Source: a virus. Taken from it: DNA of 64,000 nt. The stretch spans positions 32,001 to 96,000 of IMG/VR virus record IMGVR_UViG_3300032304_003098; one strand, written 5' to 3'. The notes beneath the pieces are model-generated. The model was not told the DNA's origin. It saw only the letters and a list, made by a program, of their open reading frames with translations, and did no database searches. This document shows, one piece after another, positions 9,496 through 19,127 of the stretch. Both the position numbers and the translations under genes were made by a program. Within the stretch, counting starts at the first letter, position 1; each line of letters opens with the position of its first letter.

Positions 9496-10197
9496 ATGAT
9501 TTCACTTCCTATCCTCAAAAATTGTCTTTTCTTCGATGTTGAAACTGCTGGTTGGTGTCCAGACTTGGAATGTCTCCGCCAAGAAAATCCTAGATTAGCG
9601 AAACTCTGGGAAAGAAGAGTAAAATATTACAGATCCTATCCAGAATTTCAAAACTCTACTAGCGATGAAATTTACCTTCAAAAAGCGGGATTAGAACCAG
9701 AATATTCTAGGATTGTGTGTATTTCTTTTGGTACCATCAACGAAGATGAAACTTCAAGATTTATTTCTTTTTATGGAGAAGATGAGATTGATATTTTAAC
9801 CAAGGCTAAAAAAGTTCTTTCCAATTCGATGACCAAAGGCATGAAACTTGCTGGTCACAACATCAAAGGTTTTGATGTCCCGTGTGTGGGCAAAAGAATG
9901 ATTTACAATGGAATTGAACTCCCTGGTAATTTAAAAGTCTGGGATAAAAAACCATGGGAAATTCCATTTTTTGACACCTCTGAGATTTTCGCTTTCGGTA
10001 GCTGGAGTCAGCAAAAATATTTAAGTTTAGACTTACTTTCTTGTTCAATGGGGGTAGAATCTCCCAAAGAAGATATAGACGGATCTCAGGTTCATTCCAC
10101 GTTCTGGGTAGAAAAAGATTTTGAAAGAATCAAGGTCTATTGTGAAAAAGACGTCGAAACTGTAATTCAAGTTTTACTTACCGCAAGTAAATTGTAG
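9496..10197 (+). CDS. DEDD 3'-5' exonuclease (PolB-exo-like, stand-alone)
   Basis: FFDVET, GHNIKGFDVP, YCEKDV. Confidence 0.88.
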   Translation: MISLPILKNCLFFDVETAGWCPDLECLRQENPRLAKLWERRVKYYRSYPEFQNSTSDEIYLQKAGLEPEYSRIVCISFGTINEDETSRFISFYGEDEIDILTKAKKVLSNSMTKGMKLAGHNIKGFDVPCVGKRMIYNGIELPGNLKVWDKKPWEIPFFDTSEIFAFGSWSQQKYLSLDLLSCSMGVESPKEDIDGSQVHSTFWVEKDFERIKVYCEKDVETVIQVLLTASKL

Positions 10198-10202
10198 TAC
10201 CC

Positions 10203-10245
10203 TTCGGAAATTTATTTGGATATATAGTCCAAATAAATGACCGAA
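10203..10245 (+). promoter_or_regulatory. Hairpin with GATATATA late promoter at its apex
   Basis: ATTTATTTGGA-TATATAG-TCCAAATAAAT 11-bp inverted repeat plus outer TTCGG/CCGAA; GATATATA 10219-10226. Confidence 0.7.
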
Positions 10246-10247
10246 TT

Positions 10248-11018
10248 TTGGGATTTCCTGTTTTTAATTTTAATGAATTTCTAGGGGAGAATGATTCAAG
10301 CCATTCTCCTCTAAGTTCTGATTTGTGTCAAAAATTTTGGGATAAATATAAACATCCGACAGGAATGACTAAATGGGATCTAGATCCCATCGTTAGAAAA
10401 AAATTAATTAAGATTTCGGAGTCTTTTATTGGTGATCTTGAAGAATCCATCGAAGACCGTTGTACAATTTCGGATATTCGTTTGGTTGGTCCAATGTGTG
10501 GACCACATTACAGCGAGGATTCTCCGTTGGAGGTTGAGATTGTTTTCGATTTAGATCCACAAAAAGAAAAAAAGGCTTTAGTAGCAGAAAAAATTAATCG
10601 CCAAGCTTTTTTGTGGCAATCTAAACCAGAAGTTACTCTGCGGGGCCATGAGGTCGAGCTGGAAGTTATAGGCGTTGGGGAATCTAGGGTCAAGTCTGGG
10701 ATTTATTCTTTGAAACAAAACAAATGGATAAAGACACCCAATCTGGAAGAAAAGGAAAATTTTGGGGTAGATGAAAAAAAAGCTATGAGTGTTTGTTATC
10801 TCCTCGAAAAATTGGAAAGAATCCAAAGTTCAGAGTTTGCAGATACCAAGGTCCAAAAGCAGATCATTAAAAAAATCCAATCTAATCTTGGTAAATTAAG
10901 AAAAAAAGCTTACACTTCAAAAACTAAATCACTGGCGGAGCAATCTGCCTACCGTAAGCTCCTCGAAGGAGGATACATAAAAAGACTGGTTAAAATACTA
11001 GAACATAACACCAAATAA
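10248..11018 (+). CDS. Pol-beta-type nucleotidyltransferase-like protein, probably inactive; putative head protein
   Basis: DIRLVGPMCGPHYSEDSPLEVEIVFD (degenerate GS..DxD), GHEVEL, GIYSLKQNKWIKTP; N-term FNFNEFLGE. Confidence 0.6.
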   Translation: MGFPVFNFNEFLGENDSSHSPLSSDLCQKFWDKYKHPTGMTKWDLDPIVRKKLIKISESFIGDLEESIEDRCTISDIRLVGPMCGPHYSEDSPLEVEIVFDLDPQKEKKALVAEKINRQAFLWQSKPEVTLRGHEVELEVIGVGESRVKSGIYSLKQNKWIKTPNLEEKENFGVDEKKAMSVCYLLEKLERIQSSEFADTKVQKQIIKKIQSNLGKLRKKAYTSKTKSLAEQSAYRKLLEGGYIKRLVKILEHNTK

Positions 11019-11027
11019 TTAAACCTT

Positions 11028-13676
11028 ATGATTTTACTGTTCAAAAAAAATTCCGCATTCACTGCTAGTAAAGACCCAGATAAATCCGGTTCCGTTTTTC
11101 CTTTAATTAATCTACCCACAAATATAGAAGGAACACCTACAGATTTAAATGATTTTCAGTGGTGGTCTTATACCGATAAATGGCAAGAATGGTTGAAAAA
11201 AAATCCCAGAAGTTGGACTGCAGAAGCAGAATCTTATTTTGAATTGGGGAAAAGCTTGCTGGAGAATATAGAGCAAGCCGATGATTTTTACCGTCAATTT
11301 TTTGAATTTGAAGTTAATTCTCTAACAAGTTCTGGTCACCTTTCCGGATTTGATGAATTTTTAAAAGTATATGAAGCCGAAGAAAAATCCGGAGATCCAG
11401 ACAAACGAGCAATCCGTTTCATGTATGCAATCGATGCTTTGGAAAAATCAGGAGAACTTAAAACCACTTTAGAACTGGATGGTTTGGAAGAAGGTAAACA
11501 ATACGCTGTTGTAATAGAACCTTTCGATGAAGCAGGAAGCACAGTTCCTGAAGGCAGACAAGCTCTCAGATTTAAGAAAATTAAAGACACTCCAAATTTA
11601 ATCGTGGCCGAAGTTGATTATTCGATTCCCTTGGAAAAGGAATTAAAGGGGGATGCACAATCTTACCTTTCGTCAGTCTCCGAATTTGTTTCACAAGCTT
11701 TCACTGCTGCTCTTGGTTTAGGGGGTATTCTAGTAGCTGCAAAAGTAGCAGGGGGAATAGCTTCAGCTTTACTTCTAAGAAAAGCAGCCAGGGGTATTTT
11801 CAAGGGAAAAAATACAATCCAAGCTGTTGCAGGTAAAGGTAAATGGGAAACTCTTAAAAGTTTTTTTAGCGGAGGACCTTCTTTGAAAGGTAAAACAGTT
11901 CAACTCCCTAATGGTGTATTTGTAAAAAATGGAATTCCTTATGTAAGACAAGCAGGTGGGGTGACCAGAAAATTGGGGGGAGCAGTTGGAAATGCCGCTA
12001 TAAAAAGAGCTAAACAAAAATTATCGGGCAAAGTTGCAGCCAAAGGAGCTACTAAAGCAGGAGGAAAATTTTTAGGCAAAACAGTTGCTTCAATAGGTTC
12101 TAAAATAGCTCTTGCTTTAGGTGTTGTACAAGCCGGTCAACAAATCTACAACTGGTTTTCAAAAAATCAAGCCCCAAGATATGGTGAGGTAGATGATTTT
12201 GCCTCGAAAACGTTTGAACCCGGTAAAATCCAAACCGGAAAACCAATCACCATTTGTTGGACCAATGATGCCGGGGGAGGCTGGGCTAGTTACGTTTTTG
12301 CTACTGATACTAGAACCACCATGGATTTAATGAAAGTAGCTCAAATCGATGGGCTCTCTTATTTCTTGCTAATTGACGTCCATTCTAAGGAATTAAAAAA
12401 ATTGGTTACTGGAAATGAACTTGTTCTTTTAGTTTTTAATGCCAATGACAAGTTTGGACATGGATTGGTAGATAATGATGATCTAGAATTCGAGACAATT
12501 GCATTACAATCTATGGAAGAACACATGGTGGCAACTTCTTTTTATGGTTACTGTGATTGGGACCAAATGGAAAAAGCTTATGCAGAAGCACCGGATGAAA
12601 TGTATTTTGTGCCAGAAGAGGCTCCAGATTCCTATGAATTTAATTTTCAAAACCAGGATGGAAATAAATTAAATGTGGCTGGAAAATTAATGGGGCAAGA
12701 AGATTTAAAAAACGCAGGCGTAGATAAAATATTAGTTTCGTTAGCAGGAGAAAACCAACAAGAGGTTAAAGAAAATTTCGCTTACCCGCAAAAACAAATT
12801 TTAAACGAAAATTTGAAATTAGTTTCTTTTTCAGATTTTAAAATGATTTCGGAAGCTGAAGAGTCAGAGGAAGATAATCCTATTTTGAATCCTTTTGGCA
12901 GAAAAAAAGAAGATGAAAATAAAAAAGACTCTAAAAAGTCAGAAGGTAAAAGTTCAGAAGAAGAAGAATGGGCTGAAGATTTCGAAAGTTCCGAAAAAGT
13001 TAAGACCAACAAAGAAAAAATAATGCGGAGAGAAGAAGATTCTCCCTATTCGAGATTTGCTACTCCCATTTATCGCATATCTACTATTCAATTTGTTGAC
13101 CCAAACATCAAACAGCAAGCACCAGAAATTGCTTATTTTGTAGTTGGAGAAGAAAGTTTTGACGCTTCTCCAGGAGATTCTATCGTGGTTGAAGTAACAA
13201 CGGATGATCCTGTTTATAATCCTCGGTATGGATTGGCTACTTATGAGGCTCCAAAAAAAGATGATTCCGAGTCGAAAAAAGAGGAAGAAGATGAAATTGC
13301 TCCTCTCACACCAGGTCCAGGAAAGGGGTCTAAGGATAAAATCAAAGCTTCCCCTGATGATGTACAAATTGTAGATAAAAAAAGGAGACTTGTTATTAAG
13401 GATGATCCAGATGGAGATGCAGGCGAGGACGTAAACGTTGCAGAAGAATTTTTAACCCCGGAACAAAGAAAAGAATTAGGCATCGAAAATTGGAAAACTG
13501 TGACTAAAGTAACCTTGGTGTACGACAGAGATAAAAAACCCGCCAAGGTAATTTTAAGAAACAAAGAAGCTGGAATTTTAGGGGATAGAATTAGAAGAAT
13601 TCGAAAAGGACAGGCTGGGTTTGAAGCGGCAGTCAAATTCGCAAAAGATATTAAAGATAGAATTTCATACAAATAA
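11028..13676 (+). CDS. Large hypothetical virion/ejection protein with hydrophobic Gly/Ala helices
   Basis: 882 aa; FTAALGLGGILVAAKVAGGIASALLL; internal LNE..FSDF..ISE motif; upstream of head genes. Confidence 0.6.
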   Translation: MILLFKKNSAFTASKDPDKSGSVFPLINLPTNIEGTPTDLNDFQWWSYTDKWQEWLKKNPRSWTAEAESYFELGKSLLENIEQADDFYRQFFEFEVNSLTSSGHLSGFDEFLKVYEAEEKSGDPDKRAIRFMYAIDALEKSGELKTTLELDGLEEGKQYAVVIEPFDEAGSTVPEGRQALRFKKIKDTPNLIVAEVDYSIPLEKELKGDAQSYLSSVSEFVSQAFTAALGLGGILVAAKVAGGIASALLLRKAARGIFKGKNTIQAVAGKGKWETLKSFFSGGPSLKGKTVQLPNGVFVKNGIPYVRQAGGVTRKLGGAVGNAAIKRAKQKLSGKVAAKGATKAGGKFLGKTVASIGSKIALALGVVQAGQQIYNWFSKNQAPRYGEVDDFASKTFEPGKIQTGKPITICWTNDAGGGWASYVFATDTRTTMDLMKVAQIDGLSYFLLIDVHSKELKKLVTGNELVLLVFNANDKFGHGLVDNDDLEFETIALQSMEEHMVATSFYGYCDWDQMEKAYAEAPDEMYFVPEEAPDSYEFNFQNQDGNKLNVAGKLMGQEDLKNAGVDKILVSLAGENQQEVKENFAYPQKQILNENLKLVSFSDFKMISEAEESEEDNPILNPFGRKKEDENKKDSKKSEGKSSEEEEWAEDFESSEKVKTNKEKIMRREEDSPYSRFATPIYRISTIQFVDPNIKQQAPEIAYFVVGEESFDASPGDSIVVEVTTDDPVYNPRYGLATYEAPKKDDSESKKEEEDEIAPLTPGPGKGSKDKIKASPDDVQIVDKKRRLVIKDDPDGDAGEDVNVAEEFLTPEQRKELGIENWKTVTKVTLVYDRDKKPAKVILRNKEAGILGDRIRRIRKGQAGFEAAVKFAKDIKDRISYK

Positions 13677-13718
13677 TTTAGAAGTTTTAAAAAGATTAAA
13701 ATTTTGTAAAGTCATTTA

Positions 13719-13726
13719 GATATATA
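13719..13726 (+). promoter_or_regulatory. Putative late promoter GATATATA
   Basis: 21 nt before prohead protease ATG. Confidence 0.7.
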
Positions 13727-13747
13727 AAAGATAAAAAAAAGATCAGT

Positions 13748-15775
13748 ATGGAAGATCTACCATTTATGAACGAGAACTGGGTGTTTATTTTGGAGAAGCA
13801 AGGTCATCACGTAGAGGCTTCTAAAACCTCAGATGGCTACACTCTACAGGGTATAGCAGCACAGTTTGGCAAAGAAAATAACAACAACAGGATCTACGAG
13901 GAAAGCGAGTATCTGCCACATCTGGATTATCTGAAAGAAAAAATCAAACAAAAAAGATTGGTTGGTGAATTAGACCATCCTGAAAAATTTGATGTTTCTC
14001 TGAAAAACATTTCTCATATTATAGAAGATTTACAGTACGACAAAAGTGCTCGGGTATTGAAGATCAAGGTCAAATTGCTTGATACTCCAGCTGGTCAAAT
14101 TGCCAAAAAATTGGTTGAAGCTGGAATTCCTCTTTCCATTTCTTCTCGTGCCGCTGGTAATGTGGGTCCTAACAAAAAAGTTCAAATTAAAAAAATCTTC
14201 ACTTATGATTTGGTAGCTGATCCTGGATTTCAGGATGCACAACTAGAAAGAGTGTACGAAAGTGCTGGTTTTTCATTCTCTGAATTTTCAGATAGACACA
14301 AAAATTCCGTTGTTAACGATTTAAAATGTTTGAATGAGTCCTTAGGAATCAAAAATGATTCGGGAGTGATGATATATAAGGTTGATGATAACGAAGAATT
14401 CAAAAAAATATTCAAAACAGAAAAAAATAAAATTGACATCATGGAGTCCAGAAAAGAATATGTAACGAGTGAAGAACTCAACAATTATTCCATTTTCTTA
14501 AAGAAAAAAATGGATGAGCTCGAGTCTCAAATTAAAGAAGCTAAGTCTACCCAGAATTTGGTAGAAAGCTCGGATTCATACACACAAAAACTTGAAGAAA
14601 GAGTAGACCGTCTTGAAAAGTACTGTGAGTACTTGGCCGAGAATTTGGAAAATTCCATTAAGTATGGTGAATATGTAGCCGAGAATTTGGACAATTCCAT
14701 CACTTACAGTAAATATCTAGCCGAGAATTTGGACAAGAACATTTCTTACTCTAAGTATCTGGCTGAAAACGTAGATAAGTCAATTCTCTATTCAGAGTAC
14801 GTGGCAGAAAATGTCGACAAAGGAATTAACTACTCTAAATATCTTGCCGAGAAATTAGATGACAGCATTCAATATGCAGAATACCTGGCTGAAAATGTGG
14901 ATCATACAATTTCCTATTCCGAATACCTGGCCGAAAATGTGGACAGAAATATTTCTTATTCTGAGTATTTGGCAGAGAAGTTGGACAGAAACATTTCTTA
15001 TGCCGAATACCTGGCCGAGAATTTGGACAAAGGCATAGCCTACTCAGAGTATCTAGGCGAAAATCTCGATAAAGGGATTGCTTACTCTGAATATCTGGGT
15101 GAAAAACTAGAACAAGGAATTTCTTATTCGGAATATCTAGCGGAAAATGTGAATAGAACCATCTCCTATTCCGAGTACATCGCAGAAAAATTAAATGGCA
15201 CGATTTCGTTCACCGAGTCTGTATCCGAAAGCGTTGGTTATCAACCCCTAGTTGAAAAAGACGCACGGAGACAGGCAGAAGTCGCCTCAAGAACTGAATT
15301 AGCGGAGTCTGGCTTTGCCGGAGATTATACCAATCTCGGCAAACAAATTGATTTTCTAATTGAGTCGGTCCAAACCCAAAAGACCGAAACAAACCAAAAA
15401 CAGGCTGCAAGCAAATGGCAGCCGACTGCTGACACACAAAAAGCAGATCAAGTTCTCAATGAGAACGATGAAGCCAAATTTAAAACTGGCCACAAGTTCA
15501 TTGATGAGATGCCAACGGATTACGTTCCGATTTGGGAGTCGTTAAGTGAAGGACACCAGCAATCTATTATTGCCCAGGCTGCTCTTCGTAATCTTAACAC
15601 CCCTTATCAGATTAGAAATTTCTGGTCAACTCGTCAGTTTGGACCTAAGCCTTTGGCTTTGCAAAAATTGCAAGAGAATGAAAATTTCTCAGAGGCCTCT
15701 AACCCTCGGACCCCAACTCCTTACAACAACGATTACCTAAGTTGGGTGGCTAAGTCGCTAGAAGGCAAATTCTAA
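13748..15775 (+). CDS. gp21: Prohead protease (gp21-like) fused to scaffold (gp22-like) domain
   Basis: NNNNRIY, GELDHP, LLDTPAG, ISSRAAG, YDLVADPGF; C-terminal coiled-coil repeats; directly upstream of MCP. Confidence 0.92.
   Translation: MEDLPFMNENWVFILEKQGHHVEASKTSDGYTLQGIAAQFGKENNNNRIYEESEYLPHLDYLKEKIKQKRLVGELDHPEKFDVSLKNISHIIEDLQYDKSARVLKIKVKLLDTPAGQIAKKLVEAGIPLSISSRAAGNVGPNKKVQIKKIFTYDLVADPGFQDAQLERVYESAGFSFSEFSDRHKNSVVNDLKCLNESLGIKNDSGVMIYKVDDNEEFKKIFKTEKNKIDIMESRKEYVTSEELNNYSIFLKKKMDELESQIKEAKSTQNLVESSDSYTQKLEERVDRLEKYCEYLAENLENSIKYGEYVAENLDNSITYSKYLAENLDKNISYSKYLAENVDKSILYSEYVAENVDKGINYSKYLAEKLDDSIQYAEYLAENVDHTISYSEYLAENVDRNISYSEYLAEKLDRNISYAEYLAENLDKGIAYSEYLGENLDKGIAYSEYLGEKLEQGISYSEYLAENVNRTISYSEYIAEKLNGTISFTESVSESVGYQPLVEKDARRQAEVASRTELAESGFAGDYTNLGKQIDFLIESVQTQKTETNQKQAASKWQPTADTQKADQVLNENDEAKFKTGHKFIDEMPTDYVPIWESLSEGHQQSIIAQAALRNLNTPYQIRNFWSTRQFGPKPLALQKLQENENFSEASNPRTPTPYNNDYLSWVAKSLEGKF
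14371..14378 (+). promoter_or_regulatory. Internal GATATATA in protease gene (candidate scaffold promoter)
   Basis: Exact motif, 62 nt before in-frame ATG 14441. Confidence 0.5.
14621..15208 (+). repeat. 14 tandem 42-bp (14-aa) coding repeats YSEYLAENLDKxIS
   Basis: Counted in translation; synonymous variation between units. Confidence 0.95.
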
Positions 15776-15800
15776 AAAAACCAAAAAAAATACTAAAAAA

Positions 15801-17519
15801 ATGAAACTAATTAATGAAGCTGAGATCTTCGATACCTGGTCGCCTATCATCGAGCAGAAAGCCGGTATCACTGATCCATCCAAAAAAGCGTGGTTGTCTA
15901 TATACTGCCACTATCACTCCCTCAACGAGTCTGCTGGTGCATACCAGTCTTTGAACGTCGTCAACGGTATGGGAGCCGTTGCACCTCCTGTTTTCCCAGC
16001 CTCAACTCAAGCTGGCTCTGTTGGTGGTTACGGGCCAAACCAAGGATTCTACAGCCAATCTTGGCAAGGATCTGGCGATAAGTTTCCTTCGCTTTTGCCT
16101 TTGGCTATTCAGGTAGCTGCAAAAACCGTAGGTTTCGATATTGTTCCAGTTATTCCAATGTCTGGTCCTTCCGGTGTTCTATCCTATCTGGACTATGTGT
16201 ATGCTGGCGGTAAGCTCAGCCCACAATCTACAGGTACCACTGCAGCCGATGCCTTGGCCGCAGCTCCTGCTATGATTAAGCTGCAAATTACTTCCTATGC
16301 TGGAGGATATCCTGGTAGTTTCGTAGTAGGTACAACTTATTTCATCACCAATGCTTCTTCAGCAGCTGAATATATCACCACTAAGTTTGTTGGTCTTTCA
16401 AGAATCGATGGTTTCCCAATCTTCGAAATTACTGCAATCACTGCAGGGGAATCTGTTGCATCTGTTATCAATGGAGGTGCTACCAAAGTCGGTACTGGAG
16501 TAGATGGAAGCCAAGCAGGAACCACTACTGCTTCGGCTTCTTTGGTTAAGGCACTTGAAGATCACATCCAAGGTTTCTCTGGAGCTGGTTTCTACGACAA
16601 CCAAGACTGGCAGGGTCCTTACGTTGATGGTACCAAGACGTACAACCCAATGCTTAGAAGCGTAGGTGAAGAAAACTACTACAACTTGATGGGTCTTTCG
16701 ACTTTCACAAAGTTTGTAGAAGCCGACACTTTCCAAGTAGCTGCTTCCGTCACCACGGAGCAAATCCAAGACCTTAATAAGCAGTTCGGTATCGATGTCA
16801 TTTCGATGATTGAGAACGCACTGGTCAATGAGGTTTCTCAGGCTATTAACAAGCACATTCTTGCCAGAGCTTTTGCTTTAGGCTGGTCTAACTGTGATAA
16901 CTTCAACACAGTAGAAGGTCAAAATTTGAACTTGAATCTGGTCATCGGTGGAACCGCTGGTTCTTACACCATTCCTTCTTATGTTGGAAAAACAGACCAG
17001 GCTTTGACCATGACTGGTACTGCAGGTCCTGCTTCTGGAACTTATGAGAACTTGTCAACTCTACAAAGAAGACTTTTCTCTCGTATCCTGGCAGCCGCTA
17101 ACGTAGTAGCTAACAGAGGTAGAAGAGGTCCTGCTAACTTCATTGTCACCAACGCAAACTTGGCTTCGGCAATGCAGGATATCAGCCAATTCACCTTTGC
17201 TCCTTTCACTAATACCTTGACTCAGAACAACGGTACTTTGTACCCAGTTGGTTCTTTGGCCGGTATGACAGTGTATGTGGACCAAAACATGAGGTACAAC
17301 GATACCAGAATCCTCGTTGGAAGAAAAGGTGGTGATGATGAGCCAGGTCTCAAATTCATGCCTTACATGATGGCAGAATCAATTCAGACAATCTCTGAAG
17401 GTACAATGTCTCCTAAAATCGCAGTTAAGTCTCGTTACGCTCTTGTAGAGGCTGGTTTCCACCCCGAAACCATGTATCTTTGCTTTAATGTTAACTTGCC
17501 TGCTGGCGGTCTGGTTTAA
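15801..17519 (+). CDS. gp23: Major capsid protein (T4 gp23-like)
   Basis: DIVPVIPMSGPSG, TTEQIQDL, EVSQAINKHIL, RGRRGPANFIV, FMPY, PKIAVKSRYAL. Confidence 0.95.
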   Translation: MKLINEAEIFDTWSPIIEQKAGITDPSKKAWLSIYCHYHSLNESAGAYQSLNVVNGMGAVAPPVFPASTQAGSVGGYGPNQGFYSQSWQGSGDKFPSLLPLAIQVAAKTVGFDIVPVIPMSGPSGVLSYLDYVYAGGKLSPQSTGTTAADALAAAPAMIKLQITSYAGGYPGSFVVGTTYFITNASSAAEYITTKFVGLSRIDGFPIFEITAITAGESVASVINGGATKVGTGVDGSQAGTTTASASLVKALEDHIQGFSGAGFYDNQDWQGPYVDGTKTYNPMLRSVGEENYYNLMGLSTFTKFVEADTFQVAASVTTEQIQDLNKQFGIDVISMIENALVNEVSQAINKHILARAFALGWSNCDNFNTVEGQNLNLNLVIGGTAGSYTIPSYVGKTDQALTMTGTAGPASGTYENLSTLQRRLFSRILAAANVVANRGRRGPANFIVTNANLASAMQDISQFTFAPFTNTLTQNNGTLYPVGSLAGMTVYVDQNMRYNDTRILVGRKGGDDEPGLKFMPYMMAESIQTISEGTMSPKIAVKSRYALVEAGFHPETMYLCFNVNLPAGGLV

Positions 17520-17537
17520 TTTTAACCAGCTAACACC

Positions 17538-17568
17538 AAAAACCCCGGGTTTCGACCTGGGGTTTTTT
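17538..17568 (+). terminator. Rho-independent terminator after MCP
   Basis: AAAAACCCCGGGT-TTCG-ACCTGGGGTTTTTT. Confidence 0.9.
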
Positions 17569-17582
17569 GTTGTAATAGAAAA

Positions 17583-17590
17583 GATATATA
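17583..17590 (+). promoter_or_regulatory. Putative late promoter GATATATA
   Basis: Directly after terminator, 21 nt before ATG 17612. Confidence 0.75.
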
Positions 17591-17611
17591 GATAAAAATA
17601 CACCCCAGATC

Positions 17612-18202
17612 ATGTCGAAAGTACAGGATTTCAATCATTTCGTCGATTCGCATTTCAAATCAAAATCGGGCAATTCACATCTTCAAGAAGGATTTATGGA
17701 TTCTTTGGCAAATGCAATCGATAGCCTTATGCCATTTTCAAAAACAAAAACAATCAATTCAGTCATTGATAATATGTTAGAGTATGAAAAGGACTTATTG
17801 AAGGCAAAATATGAACTTAAAAAAACTTTGAAATCCATGGAGTTAAAACTTCGAGAAATCAGAGGTAGAACCCCGGTTAATACAGAAGCAGTTGAATCTA
17901 TTAAAGAAGAAATTGAAGCCAAGACGAATGAATATAGAGCTATGGTTAAATCCAAAACCGTAGCTTTAGAAAAAGCCAAAGATTTGCTAAGAAGGGAAGG
18001 AGCTAAATCCCCTCGCTTAAAGGAAGTCATGAAAGCAAAAATGGCTGAATTGGAGATTGAATTAGCGGAATTTGAATATGAACAAGCTAAAAAGATTTCA
18101 GCAGAAGCTGGAGAAATACAAAATTTGAAAGATGCTCTAGAACAAGCTAAAAAAGAAGCTCAAGAAATGCTGAATAAGCTGAGCAATGCTCCAACCCCTT
18201 AA
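17612..18202 (+). CDS. Coiled-coil putative internal head protein
   Basis: MSKVQDFNHF...LQE N-terminus; helical, K/E-rich. Confidence 0.65.
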   Translation: MSKVQDFNHFVDSHFKSKSGNSHLQEGFMDSLANAIDSLMPFSKTKTINSVIDNMLEYEKDLLKAKYELKKTLKSMELKLREIRGRTPVNTEAVESIKEEIEAKTNEYRAMVKSKTVALEKAKDLLRREGAKSPRLKEVMKAKMAELEIELAEFEYEQAKKISAEAGEIQNLKDALEQAKKEAQEMLNKLSNAPTP

Positions 18203-18215
18203 AATAATCCAAGCG

Positions 18216-19127
18216 ATGCTTTATAATTTTAAACAGTGGGACCATTACAATTCTCTGAATGAGGGTAAATCAATGAAAGATATTTTGAATTGGTTTGGTT
18301 CTTTTTTCGGAGGATCCCTGTCCAAGATAGATTCTTATTTGGAAGATATAGTTCAGATTGAAGAAGATTACATCAAAGAATGGGATAAAGTTGTCACAGA
18401 AATTGATTCTTTACAGGTTCAAAAAGCCCAGATATCTAACGACCCAGCCGAATCTAGAAAATTGGACAGAATGATTGAAAGGAATGAAAGACTTCTCAAT
18501 TCCATGCTCAGTAAAAAGAACTCTTCCGTGATGGAGCTAGAAGAAAAGGTGAAAAAAATTGTGGACAAAGATTCCAAATTGGTGTCCTATTGGAATTTGA
18601 AAAAAACTGAGGCGGAAAAAGAAATTGCTGAGAGATTATATGATGTTGCTAAGAAACTCACAGATCCTGATTTGGGTGAAGAATTGTATGATAAATATAA
18701 ACAGGCAGCTTTAATAGCAAAACAAAAAGATGAAGATTTCAGAAAGAAATATGGCGACATGAAATTGCCTTCTTCGTCTCTTGTTTCATCCTCTACTACC
18801 AAAAAATCTCCGAAATACTATGGACAGTCAAAATTATCTAAGGATTCTCTAAATAAAATCATGTCCTATTCTGGCTCTGAATTTGAAAAATATGCAGAGA
18901 AATTGAGTAAAGAAGATGCAAAGGATTTGATTCGGGAATTAACTAGGGTTAAAAATGAGATGTGTGCACTCAGAGATTTAGATTTGGAAAAATTCGAGGA
19001 TGAAGCTAAAAGAAAAGGCATGAGTGAAGTCCAAATGAAAAAAGAAATCAGGGACCTTAGAAATTACCACACCAACAAAATAGGAGATCTTAGAACGAAA
19101 ATAACGTTAGCAAGAAGATATGACTAA
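18216..19127 (+). CDS. Coiled-coil putative internal head protein (likely paralogue of 17612)
   Basis: MLYNFKQW...LNEG; EIAERLYDVAKK vs ELAEFEYEQAKK. Confidence 0.65.
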   Translation: MLYNFKQWDHYNSLNEGKSMKDILNWFGSFFGGSLSKIDSYLEDIVQIEEDYIKEWDKVVTEIDSLQVQKAQISNDPAESRKLDRMIERNERLLNSMLSKKNSSVMELEEKVKKIVDKDSKLVSYWNLKKTEAEKEIAERLYDVAKKLTDPDLGEELYDKYKQAALIAKQKDEDFRKKYGDMKLPSSSLVSSSTTKKSPKYYGQSKLSKDSLNKIMSYSGSEFEKYAEKLSKEDAKDLIRELTRVKNEMCALRDLDLEKFEDEAKRKGMSEVQMKKEIRDLRNYHTNKIGDLRTKITLARRYD

